A DNA stretch of 64,000 nucleotides. It comes from Phoronis australis. Taxonomy: Eukaryota; Animalia; Phoronida. The notes beneath the pieces are model-generated. The model saw only the letters and a program-made list of their open reading frames with translations. It was not told the origin of the DNA and searched no databases. Location of the stretch: NCBI GenBank assembly GCA_002633005.1, contig NMRA01000023.1, positions 767,339 to 831,338 of the forward strand, given 5' to 3'. Below are positions 24,601 through 37,155 of this stretch, piece by piece. Position numbers and translations under genes: made by a program. Position 1 is the first letter of the stretch; each line of letters begins with the position of its first letter.

Positions 24601-27600
24601 AAAGTATAGTTATGTAGAACTTCCAAAAGTTTGATCCAACCAGGCTGAGAAATTTTATTTGAGTTGGATGCAATCCAACTTATATGAAGATCTAAATGAA
24701 CAAACTGAGGGACCCATGGAAAGCAGTGAGAACTGGTGGGGCTACCCTTGTTTTAAATGTTTCAATAATAAATAAATAATAAATAAAAAATAATAAATAA
24801 ATAATTAATGTGCAAACAAACTAGAACAACAACTTGGAACATTGCACTATGCTGATTGTCACTTTTGCCTGTCTTATCCAGGACCAAATTTATATCTTTT
24901 AGATATTAGTTGTTTTGGAGGATTTGTAATGAATGTAGATGATCATTCGCTCGACGCCATTGTATGACGTGAGAAAACAGTAGTTCTTTCGTGGAATAGT
25001 TTAGAGTCGATAGCTGCAAGTATTTAATTCCGGTAGAGATATATAATTTGCTTGCGTGATATCTTTTTTGAAATTATGTTTCGCCTAGTTCGCACAGGCC
25101 ATGGTGATCAGGACAATGATCTCAGACAAGAGTGATTTCTACCTACAACTATGTTACAGCAGTATCCTTTCCCCACATTACGGACATCATCCATGAGACA
25201 ATACAAATGAGTTCTCATATCTATAAAAGGCCCTGATGATGCCCGTGCCAGTATTCTTGTACTGGTGATTTATTACTTGTAAATTGTACTGTCGTGTTCA
25301 CAGGTGAATTATGACTACCGGCAAGCTGTTAAACAAGCGCTCCCCAATGTCACATATCTCGACGACGAACCGCTCGTCCTAGAGACATCGTCCCATCCTC
25401 TAGCTGCATTCAATCAAGACTGGGATCTCATCAATGAGATGATGAAAGATGTTCCGTCAGAATCCACAGAAAGTGTCAACAGTACAGGCTCGGGTAGGTT
25501 GTGAATGGAAAGCCAGACCAGATGACCAAAATCTGTCGTTTCAAATTAGGTTATATTAACAAATTTTGTGAAAAGTGCAACCTGTAAACTCCACCTAGAA
25601 CAAAATTATTGTGGAAAAAACTTGGAAGCTATAACATGCCTTCTTTTACAATTATTTTTTGTGACAAATCCAGTTACGACAAATTAATAACGAGGCTCGC
25701 CACTGAGACTCATAGTGAGTACCACTGTTTGTTGAATTCAAATGCGGGTGCACTCACTTTAATGGTGGATTCATTTACAAAACACCCGCAACAGGACGGT
25801 CCCGGATTACACTGAGACACTGAAATCTCACTCTATGTACTCACAATGCCATACGCATCTGTCAGGCATGTTTGCTGCTTCACTTTCGTGCCACTGGAGT
25901 TTCACATGTTATTTGTTGTTGTCGGATTCTTTACAAGTTTTTCTCGGTTGCATTACTCTATTTGTCCTATTCCAATGAAGTATTACTGCAGCTGTGATGT
26001 GGGCTGCAACTCCGATGTGAAAAAGTTTTATAAACTGGTCAAATAACTGTGGATGCGTTACCTTAAACTCTTTGCCTTCTCGACATCAATAAGAGACGGG
26101 AAAATATGCCTGATTTCCAAAACTAGATCATGCGCTTCCTTATCTCCTGGAACAAGCTGAGTTCTATCCCGGTTTAATCCAGGACTACCCTATTGGTCTC
26201 ACAGGACCATTCTATAATTATGAATAAATGTTGCTGTTTTCAGGCTCACGTCCCAAGTCTGGTTTCCGTCCTCCAAGTGGCTACCGTCCGGGGTCTGCTC
26301 TACGTCCTCCATCTGCTACCAAACGTCTCAAGAGTGCTGCGGCTAGTCGGCCAGTGACAGCGGCAAGACCTGGTTCTGCCAACAGGCCAGGAACTGGCGG
26401 TAAGCACATGAACATATTAATTAATATGTACCTTTAAACAGGAATATGATGGCAAATTTTTTTGGCTTCTGATTGGTCATAGAAATAGCCATTGACATCA
26501 GACGTGGTAATGTCGTGTAAAATTACGAAATACCTAGTATACAAATGACAAGATCTGAAAAGATACAATTTACATAATTGCAGAGAAATTCAGAGATTTG
26601 GTGAGTTAATTTCACAATCAGCCAGAATATTTTTCTTTGGAAATCATCTTAACTCACTTCTAGTGGAATTTCATTATTATGATGGGTTCAAACTGTTATG
26701 CACAGTCACCAGAAAAGTCAAATTGATGTCTAGTCAGGCAGTAATTTGTCCATGCATTCAAGATATAGTGATTTTAGTAATTTTGCAAAATTTAGCATTG
26801 AATTAATTGCATTCCATTGCTTTTTATTTCCTTTGAAAGTGTGGACGATCTATGGTTAGTTATGTTGTGTCAGAGTGTGTCTTTCACGCTTCTGTCTGTC
26901 TCAGGTTTGAGCACTCACGGCCTTGTCTACTTTTTGTCAAAATGTTTTTCTCTAGGAATGCTTTATGGTTTGATAAAGCAATATTCGCCAAAAGTAATCG
27001 TTCAAAATTCCACGTCTGTGTCATAGTGACTGATCCTACAGTAACTACAAATAGCAGATCACGTGTCAGTGCACCATTGTTTTGCAAAGTCCTAACTAAG
27101 GAATATCGTTTTCACCTTCATATTTTTTAAGTAAATTTTCTGTTTTCCCTCTCAAGACGGATAGCTAGTATGACAATAAATTTCGCTTGTGCTAGCTGTA
27201 ATGAAGGGAGATTCCAGGTTATTTCATTTGGTATTACTTTTGGCGTGTGTTGTACTCCTAGTGGGATTGATGTTTTAAGCTGTGCATACTCCGTGCATCC
27301 ATTTTGTGTTCATGTGCGGTGGTTTTCAGTAATTATGCCAGTCTTGGGTTGTTTTGTGACTATTATTTCATGAATTTAGTCTGCAAAATGTACCAAATGT
27401 GTATGTTGTCAGTGACCTCAAATACAAGGACATCAGCTTTTTACATTTTCCAATGAATGGATATAGTCGTGTCAAGCATGGATATGGATGTGTCGAGCAT
27501 AGATGTAGGTGTGTCAAGCATGGATATGGGTGTGTCAAGCATGGATATGGGTGTGTCAAGCATGGATATGGGTGTGTCAAGCATGAATATGGTTGTGTCA

Positions 27601-30600
27601 AGCATGGATATGGGTGTGTCAAGCATGAATATGGTTGTGTCAAGCATGGATATGGGTGTGTCAAGCTTGGATATGGGTGTGCCAAGCATGGATATGGTTG
27701 TGTCAAACATGGATATGGGTTTGTCAAGCATTTCAAGATGCAGATTTCTGCTGTAGACAATAGTTAAGACTAAAGCAAGACAACACTGGGATGGTTTAAC
27801 TTTCTAAAAAACACCTTCGTGATTCACTTGCGATGCGACTTGATTGTGGAAATTATTAAAACTACTCCGTCAGTTATGTTTTCTGTGAGACGTGAATTCA
27901 AAACAGAGCAAAACGCCCTATTTAACTACATTGCCTGATCCAACTTAATAGTCACTTTAGGTGCGAGTCCAGGATGAGCATGCACAATCTCACTTTAAGG
28001 AGAACCTTGAGAGTATCTGACTGATTTTTATGTACTGGTCATTGACCTTTTAGCCGATGACATCAGACGTATGTCCAAGAGATTGTTGGAAACTGAATCT
28101 GTCAATTTGAGAAGAGGCGATGGAGTTGCCACAACTATGTTATGCTGCTGAACTCGTGCTGATGTAGGATTGAGCGAAGAAATCCTAAATTGCAATGATA
28201 CGAGTTTAGTTGTTTAAATCCTAGTTATCGAGCAGGCGATTCACTTACATCACTTGTGTGATTGACTGATTAATATCTCACAAAAGTACTCTCTTTAGTG
28301 CACATGCATCAGTTTTTAGTGTCCGTAAAGGTGGCTAGACTTTGCTATTTACTTATTTCAGAAAACATTGAGGAAAATGTGGATGCCAGTGAACTCACTG
28401 TTGGCACAGTAGTGTGCGGTAATCCTTCCAAGGCACTGAGGTCACGCAGAAAGGTCAACGAGAGGAGTCCACAACAGTTGTTTAAACAGGTCAGCAGTTG
28501 GTCTGTGAATTATACACTATCTGCTATTAAGTCGCTTCTCTTCTGACGAATTTCTCTCAAATATTTCTTTCGAGAATGTGCTTACAGCTCCGCAGCAGAT
28601 TTCAATTGCCCTGTCTTATCACAGATATTATCTGCCATTTTCTGGAAATGTAGCTGTTACCGAGGTAAAACTGTATACGGAGCAGTTATTTTTACTGTGA
28701 GAAAGTTTTTGATTGATGTAATTATGCGTTGCATACAAGTTATAATCTTTGACACTTGCTAAAGTCTACTCTGTGCCACTTTAGACTTATCTATCCAAAC
28801 CTTGTCACCTGTGTAGTACTTGCCCTGAAAGATAAATGCATGAGTCAGCTAAACACCCCTACATGAGTACTGTGAGGTGAAGTGGGTTGTCAATCCCAAC
28901 AGTCTCTTATTAACTTGCCAAAGAGTTAAGTGTGTTGCTGATTTAGCAGACTTTTTAGGGTTGTGTTGAAATAACCTTTGAAGGTCTGGAAGGGTTACAA
29001 AGGAAGTGACTTGTCGTGATTTCTATAAAATATACGGACTGAGCAACACCTGTCCAGAATCAGCTGTTGAAACAGGTTCTTGTCAAAAAGAAAGGGATAT
29101 TTTGTTGCTGTTTTCTGTGTTGAAACTTCATCAAATTTGTTGATTAAAGTCTGTGACAGTTGCTAAGTCAATTTTTGCATTATTGTTTTTGTTCATCCTG
29201 GCAATCTGTTTCAGTATAATTTCAAACCTGAGCACACGTATGAGACATTGTCAGATGAAGAAGATGAGAATTTGAGTGAACTAGTCAGTGAACTGAAACA
29301 GTGGAGGACAGAGCATGCGCAGTGAGTACGGAGTAACGGAGGCCTTTGAAAAAAGGCAAATTCTCATCGAAAGAATTTTTATGTGACTGTGAAGGAAACC
29401 AGGAGACTGTAATTAATTCATTAATTTATACACGAACAATTAATCAAACATTTTACTTCAAACTTTGTCTGATTCTGTCACTTTATTGGAAAGTTGTGAT
29501 ATTCCCAGATTTTCTCTGACAGATATTAAGATTGTGATGGGTAAATTAATGGTTTAACTTATTGTATGAATTTGTAAAATGCTCACCTTTAGTGATAACC
29601 TGAGCCATCTACGATTTCCTAATTTTGCTTTTTGTTACCTGGTTCTTTCTTTGCTGTTTGGTTGGTTGTCACTGTAATCCTGAGTGTGTTTCTTACAAAC
29701 TGCTGATGAGCACCTGTGCACAGAACATTTGGTTTTTGCAAAATCCCTTATGGCTACAGGTCCTTCATCATATTTTTGATTTTATTAATTTCTTGACAAT
29801 TTCAAGTTTGCTTATTTTTTAATTCCTTGATATAACCAGAGATTTGCATCGCTAGTTGTTTCCTTTTCAGACGAGCCCAGAAAATCGAAGAAGAACGTAA
29901 ACCACAAGTCTTAACCCTTGACCTCGACGACGTTACTGTCTCAGATAGCAGTGATGAAGAAGAGCTCTCAGTCACCGACGACCTTGACGTCCTGCAGAGG
30001 GACACAATGTTGAAAATGGACGATGTGTGCATGAGTGCTAATAGCGGAATTGCTTCAGGAAGTCTCAATAATTCTGTGGATTTTCCACCACAAGCCAGTC
30101 CACCAGAGTTCAAAGAAAACAGTCCCCACTCTCCCCTGCCACCTAGTGTTGGGGGTAAGTACTTATCACCAAGATTAGTTCAAATAAGTTTTGCAATAAG
30201 TCAGGGGTATAGCCCTGGTTTGTATACACTCAGGGATGTTCACATTTTTTGTTGTTCTTGGCTCAGGATTGTTTGTTTTTTTGTTTCTTGGAATTCTGAG
30301 GGAATGAATATCTGACAGTTATTGAAAAATAAATGAAATGATATTTTTTTTAAGGTTTTTTGTGATCCTTAAAGGTGTCCAAATTGGGCTAACTTCAGAA
30401 CATCATATCCCAGAAATGGCTAATTGGATTCATATGAAACTTTCAGATACTATGGTTTGAAGCAGAGTTCTTATGGTTGGCATCTGTATTAAAATTGGAA
30501 TCATTACCCAAGTGAAACCTTAAATAACCTAGTTTTCAATTCACCTTTTAACACACCTGAAAGCAAGTGTAATGCCATGCCCAACCAGGTGGAAATGAAT

Positions 30601-32608
30601 CCTTTGGGCCTGTGTTACTCTGGCCTCTCCCATTTCTCCAAGGCATCTAATTATTTTACAAACAGACGATACTTTCTCACTGCTTTGTATTTATTACAGG
30701 TGCCAGGATGAAGGCAGGTCATGTTCGTGCAAGACGTTTCCGACTGCAGGCAGATAGCAGGAATGGCTCTGAAGAGTCCCCAGACAGCACGGGGGAGACC
30801 GTGACTGTGGAGGATCTGATGCCGGCGCCCCCACCCTCTGAAGACAGCAGGCCATATTCTGGACCGACCCCAACCATAAATTTCAAGTAAGTGTGTGCCA
30901 TACCTGACATATGTTGTGATACGACTGTCTGAAAGTTTGTTTTCTCACTTTTGGTGTTGAACGTCAACCATTAATTTTAACAACCTCAGCTGGAAAATCA
31001 TATTTCGTGGCAAATACTATTGGTACTTTTAAAAAATATTCAAAGGAAATGGTCCTTAATTACCCTAATACTGCTGACTATAAGCACAATTTGTCCCGTT
31101 GTGACCATTGGGGGGGAGCAGAATTCAGTCTGACTACTCGTTGGAATGGCAGGCCCATCATTACCTGCCATGATTGGGAATGTGATGTTGTTCTGTAACA
31201 GTTACTGTTAAATTTATTCGGTGACCTCTTGAAGCCCGATGTTGCACTAATTAGGTCATGGTGAAATTCCATGCGTCAAACTGAAACAAATCGAGTTAGC
31301 AGCATTAAATGTTGTTGTTGATTAGTTATCAATGGACTCCGTTCCGTCTATTCTTTTATCATACTTCCGCTAAAAATAGTGGTTTGTTAGACATTGCATC
31401 AGACATGCAAAGGTTGCTCACCTGGACCGATTGCACAAAACACCTGAAACCACTCTTTCGTTTGTTGAAATATACGCATGACTTGTTTATAATACACAAG
31501 TTAAACCGAGCTCAGGGGTCTGGCAGTGGGGTCCAGTGTGATTTTAACCCACCACCTTGAGAACAGGAGGTGGACACTCAACCCACCTAGCCGCACTGAC
31601 TCCTCCTATGTTGACTTAGTAGACATTAAGGATACATGTAGTCTATCCTTTACATTCACCAATTTACGTAGTCATAGGATGAGATTCGTTAGTCGAAAGA
31701 TATCACTGCGATATCAATATTTCGTAACTTTCAGCCATGTTTGTGTTTGCCTTTAGTTAGCTTTATAAGAACTGGGTAGGGTTTTGACACAAACCTGTTG
31801 TGTTGGCAGTTGAGGGAGTACCCATAATTCACAAGTTAGCTGTCACTACGCTGGCCATTTTAAGGGGGTGGTGGACCGCCAAAAATAAAAATCAAACTAA
31901 AAAATCGTACTAAATTCAGGTAAGTTCGAAAATATTTGGAGTGTTGAAAGCGCATTATTTGGGCTCAAGTTTTAAATGAACTAACGTGTGTTAAAATCTG
32001 TTGTCAGAAGTTTTTTTAAGTAAAATGAAGTGGAAAGAGTAATTATTTAAAAAAAACGGCAAACAGCGCTCCATGGCAAATACAAATCTAAAGACTGATG
32101 TTGCTGCATCAGGCTTCAGGGGAATCATTAGACACTAAGAAGGAATATTAAGTCAGTGATGGAAAAGTCTGTTGCAGTTATTTTGTGCTCCAATGGCAAT
32201 CATTGGTTTTAGGTACTTACAATGCTATCATGCTTCCACACTGTTCAGTCAAGAAACTATTGCCCTGACGATATAGAGTTAAGAGTTCATCTCTCACCTG
32301 AATTTCACAATTAATATGGAGGTGAAAATCAGATACCCCTAATGTGTGAAAGTATGTAAAATTTCATTTGTAAAGTACATGTAAAAATAATATCTTTCAG
32401 GAAATCGTGGTCAGAGGTCAAAAATGCTCCAAAAGACATCGACATTTCTAAACCAGTGATAAGGACTGCTCTCAAAAGTCCTGAAAAGATCTTGACGGGG
32501 CCGAGAGCCAATACTGCTAAGGCAGCTGTTGGTGCGCCCCCTGTGAGAATACGTCGCCAGCTTCCCAAGGTTCCTACGCTGCCGTCAAGACCTGTTGTGC
32601 CAAAATGA
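21619..32608 (+). CDS. LRRC56: Leucine-rich repeat-containing protein 56 (ciliary dynein assembly factor), 11 coding exons, ~617 aa
   Basis: Phase-consistent GT-AG exons: 21619-21768, 22690-22838, 23775-23954, 24321-24435, 25304-25493, 26244-26399, 28362-28489, 29215-29321, 29871-30154, 30700-30886, 32401-32608 (TGA). Motifs LLEEYLSP, LEMKVDTTETSLGNFG, RDLGSCFEKLRVLWMPRC, LDLEGNNLED, LTLEGNPIC, YDYRQAVKQALPNVTYLDD and VVCGNPSKALRSRR match LRRC56. Confidence 0.93.
27459..27731. repeat. 21-bp minisatellite, ~13 copies, in an LRRC56 intron
   Basis: Unit GGATATGGGTGTGTCAAGCAT; explains the four overlapping repetitive ORFs in the track. Confidence 0.95.
31480..31605 (-). mobile_element. Possible tRNA-derived SINE head
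   Basis: Minus strand reads GGAGGAGTCAGTGCGGCTAGGTGGGTTGAGTG...GTGGGTTAAAATCAC, with degenerate A-box/B-box spacing. Confidence 0.35.
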
Positions 32609-32714
32609 GATGTTCTTAGACTCTGATCTCTGTTTCAACCAAAAACGTTTGTTTGTACAGAGAATGTATATCTACCCCAGTTTCATGGGGAGGGAGAATA
32701 TGCAGCTAAAGTTG

Positions 32715-34900
32715 TGATGCATTTTGATACGTCCACATATACATATTTGGGTGCATATTGCAATAATTTCTGTCTGGGCATCTGGCGTCCACTGCTGTAT
32801 CTCCGAAGCCCCTTGGAGGTTCTTTAGTAATGTTGCCAGAAGCGTTCCTATATAGCTGACAACGACATTCGGACCGATCTGACTTCCACTGCACCCCAAG
32901 TGACAAGTTCAGTATTTTTCGTAACTATGCCTTCGTATCTTTATAATTCATAAAATTTTGCAGGTCGCTCTATTCCATTTTTATTATTTGCAGTTTGGCG
33001 TCTGCCTCTCCCAAACTTGTCAAAGGATCGTTAGGAATATTGGCCCGTGTATTCCAGTCGAGAAAATTATATCTGATGTTGATTTTCGGATAGGTTCGAC
33101 TGTCATAGCGCCCCTAGCGGCATTTTTGTGGGTGTATCTCCTTAACCCCTTGACTGTCTTTGTGAAATTTGACAAATGTTTTCAGTGCTCGAGGCTTAGC
33201 TTGAGGCCAAGTCGCATTTGGCGACTTAATGAAAATCCCAGGTCGCCAAGCGAAATCTGAGGTCGCCTAAACTGACAACGAAATCATTGACTAAAAAGAA
33301 CATGGAGGATTACTTGCAATGGAAGCTGGTGTTTTATGGTCCAGTTTTGCCCGATTTTTTGCCAAACAATTCCGACCTCCGTTTTTTTTACTCCCTGTTG
33401 TAATTTATGTTTCATGTGTGCTGACTGCTGAGTGTGTCATCTGCACTGTTTCCACAAAATAAACGGAGCAATCGTCAACTAAAGCTGTTAAATCTAGGAA
33501 AACTGTAAGTAATTTAAAGTTTGAAAGTCGCCATCAACTTTGAAACGAATTTCGAGGGAATTACTTTCTGATGTTGATACTCGCTGTGGTTACTTCGTGG
33601 TGACTTGGAATTTTTCTCAGGTCACCAAACACAATCTGAAGTTGAGCAGGGGTTGTTCACTTAGTATGACATTGGATGACCGATGTCAACTTATGGTCAG
33701 ATCTGACTACCACTATGCCCCCACGATTTTATTTTATTATACGTTTACCTCTGTCTTCAGAGTTCCTTGACATATTTTTGTGAAATTTGGGATGTATGTT
33801 TCTGTCATAAGTACAATAACGCTATCTCATTTTCAGCTACATTCGATTTATTCTGAGCCAACAGGTCTTTCTTGGGATTTCACTTCTACTAATACAACCG
33901 CTTATAGAATCGTTATCAAAATTGCAGTTGTGATTCTGCTGAGATTACGTCTGCTGATGTTGATTTTTTGGATGGGTTAAACTTCTGTGGTGCCACCTTG
34001 TGGCACTTTTTTCTTTTGCATTCGGCTCCTTTTTAGCCAAACCCCTCAAATGGCCATTGTGGTAGATGTGTTCTGGATAAGAAGACGGGGTTGACGTAAA
34101 TTTTCGGACAAGTCTGGCTGCTATGGTGCCCTGTAGTGGCCATTTCATCTGTGAATGTTTGAACTTAATCTTCAGCGGGAGTCTTGTAAAATTTGCCAAG
34201 TGTTTTCATATGAATGTAACAACAACTGACTGTGGCTGATTACTGCTGTGCCCTTTAGTGGCAGTTATTTTTTTTTACATTTGCCTCTGTATCTTGAGAG
34301 TTCGTGATTTTTTTTTCAATTAAAGTTTGCAAATAAGTTTCTATTATAGAGTTGACAGCACTTCGACATGTATTGTGCGGCAGGTAGTGGCTATCATTAT
34401 TTTGGTGATGTTTTGTGTCACCTGCCTCGTTATCTGCCAAAGTGCTCAGTAGACCAATAAGTAAATCGTTATACCAGTATGTGTTCCTATTGTAAAGAGC
34501 ACGACTAACATTCATTTTCAGACATTTCCGACTATTGTGTTGTCCCTTGTGTCATTTTTCGCATCTTCGGCTTTGCCTCCAAAATTCCTTGCAGTATCAG
34601 TAAGAGATTTGGCAAGAGTAATTCTGCCAACTTGGCATCAGATGTACGGATCTGACTTCTGCTGTGGCTCCTAGTGGCATTATCTTTTACCTCTGTCTCT
34701 ATATAGTTGGAGCTCTTGGACAGATTTTCATGAAATTTTGGCTATTAGTTTTCTATTAGGGAATTACAACACTTTCCTATCTTCAGACAGATTTGATGTC
34801 TTCTGCCCCAACTAGTTGCCTTTGTTATGGTGCTAATAAGCACCCCAAGAATCATACTGTTTGTAGTGCGGTCGTGGACGCATCTCTACGCTCCTTATTG
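32715..34900 (+). mobile_element. HINE-like element (same family as 4535-6740), with an inserted MITE at ~33183-33652
   Basis: The 5' end (ACGTCCACATA..TGGGTGCATATTGC..GGCATCTGGCGTCCACTGCTGTATCTCC) is the reverse complement of 6620-6740. Internal CTAGTGGC/TAGTGGC and GATCTGACT subrepeats are present. Boundaries are approximate. Confidence 0.6.
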
Positions 34901-36997
34901 CTGCTGTTTTCTGTCTTGGGATTTTTATTGTCTAGAATGCTACCAGTTGTATTTAACCTTTACAGGTTAACATAAAGGTTTTTGCTACTTCCAATACTGT
35001 TTCAAAGAATCATCGGAATGAAGGTTTACAAGTGATTCTGATTAGACCATGAAACTGCAATGAAATTTTCCAGTAGTTATTTCAGTTTTGTTGTGTAGTT
35101 TTAGATTAACCACAGTTCATGTGCTGCATTAATATCAAATTATCATTGATGATAATTAACTTTTAGTGCGGTGTACAAAACTGGGTTAACATACGGTTAG
35201 TGTAAAACCTTGTTCTTCTGCTCATTACAAGTCTGTGGAGGGAATTGCGTGCGCTGTGTCAAAGTCTGCTGAAATTTACAAGCTATTTGTGCGTTTATTT
35301 ATGATTTGTGTGTTTCATTGATCCAGCCAGTCACCACAATGTAATGCTGGATGTATGTTGCTCTCTTTAAGCATTTAATGCCTTTTGGGAAGTTATGTGG
35401 TCTTCTCCAATATAGTGTGAACGTCACGAATTCACTATGAGATTACAGACTGTATAGCGAGTTAGGTGCATTGAATTTACACCTAAGCACATCCTGACGG
35501 GCTCTTCGAGCATCCCCTACTCTCGTGTAAGCTCTTTTACCAAACCCTCGTTTACGTCAGTGCTGGAAACTTGTAACCAATCTCTTCTGAGATCCTGGAT
35601 GCGGTCTTAGGTGTGATTTTTGAAGTACGCCCGCACGTGAATCATATTTTGTTCTTGTTTGTGCTCACTTTAATCAGACATTCCATTCTGTTTGGACATT
35701 CCTTTCACATAAGCTCAAAAATAATTCCATAGACAAACTCATGATTCCTTAGCTCAGTCAATGGGCCTATCAAAAATTGCAAGCGAAAAAAGAACAAGAG
35801 TATAATGGTCCATAGGTCCTCCAATTGGTCCACCCACACCCACGTTTTCCAGAACTGATCCCTGCTTTGCCATTTACTGCGTTGAAGTAAATTATTTATT
35901 ATAACTTAATTATGCTTATTTTGAAACTTGCTTGGTTCTTGGTTTAAGAATTTCAATCCAAGCGTTGTGTGAATCTCCCCTATAAAATGTTTGTACATGT
36001 ATTTGCGATAGTTTATGCGGTTGTCAGTGTAGGGATGCGATGTATTATTTTGTATACTTGTCCTGTACCAGGAAGACACTATCTTCCTGTCTGTACTTAG
36101 CTGTTGATACCCGTTGGAAATATAATAAAGTAATTATTAGTGAAATGAAAACTTGCCGTGTAATTGAAGTGTACAGCCACACTGTACTGCAACTGAAAAA
36201 CGTCGGGTATTTTTGCAACCTCAAATTTCCCGGGAGGTGGATGTTGTTAAGGCGTATTCTCAAATCCAGGCTACTGGCACTGAAATCTGTATGATGTACA
36301 TCACTGACATCTGGTTTTGTATTGGTCAATCAAGGATGATGTCAACCGCTGTATTCAAATCAACGCCAAAAGCATGCATTTGTAACTGTAACTGGAGGAT
36401 TGTGATCACCATGGTTACTACTCAAATTGTCCCTGTGCGAAGCACTTTGTTTTGGATTACGCTATAGCACGGCCCCAGATAGAAATGTCATTTGTCTCGG
36501 AGGCAGAAAAAAACACGTTGTTACGTTTGGAATAAGATGTGATATACGTTCTTATAGTGGTCCTTAATTTTAGATCAAACACCGCATGGCCTACGATTTG
36601 TATTTATAAGATAACGTGCATACGTGAACTACAACAGCTCATCTGGGCGTAGTCTTTTTACTCGAAATTATTTTTGACTAATTCTGTTCTACTTTAGACG
36701 AACTCTAGTTAAGTGTTCACATTCTGTGCTCTGGTACATGTACATGTGAGTTTTCCATCCGAGTTTGCTGATGACCCTTAAGTTCAAGCTGCGCAGTAAA
36801 AAGTCGAAATTTCGAGTTCGGACTAGAACGTTTATGATGGGGTCATCAAGTGCAAACAATGATAATACCTTTATTCACCTAAACTGTAGTGTACTCGAGA
36901 GTAAAAAATAGAGTGTACACTTAGGGATTTCGCACAAAAGTAGAATAGAAAATTCCAGTTTCGAATTCGAGTGAAAAGATTAGACCCCGGGTCCTAA

Positions 36998-37155
36998 CAT
37001 GGGCGGCGCAGCACTGAAAAAGTGGGGGGGGGGGGTTAAAACCCCTCAGCCCCCCTGTGGTGCACCGCTTCTAGATCACGTGCGACCTAGCACTGAAAAA
37101 GTGAGGGCTAGGTCTATAACCCCCCCGCCCAGCCCCCTATGGAGCGCCGCCCATG
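36998..37155. mobile_element. CATG-ended MITE with 5-bp TSD
   Basis: CATGGGCGGCGC...GCGCCGCCCATG flanked by CCTAA (36993-36997 and 37156-37160); a related end remnant lies at ~3600-3629. Confidence 0.8.

Noticed and set aside
27368-27767. CVKHGYG / THPYPCL repeat proteins, or a CRISPR-like array
   Set aside because: Intronic 21-bp minisatellite with no unique spacers; open in several frames simply because the unit lacks stops.
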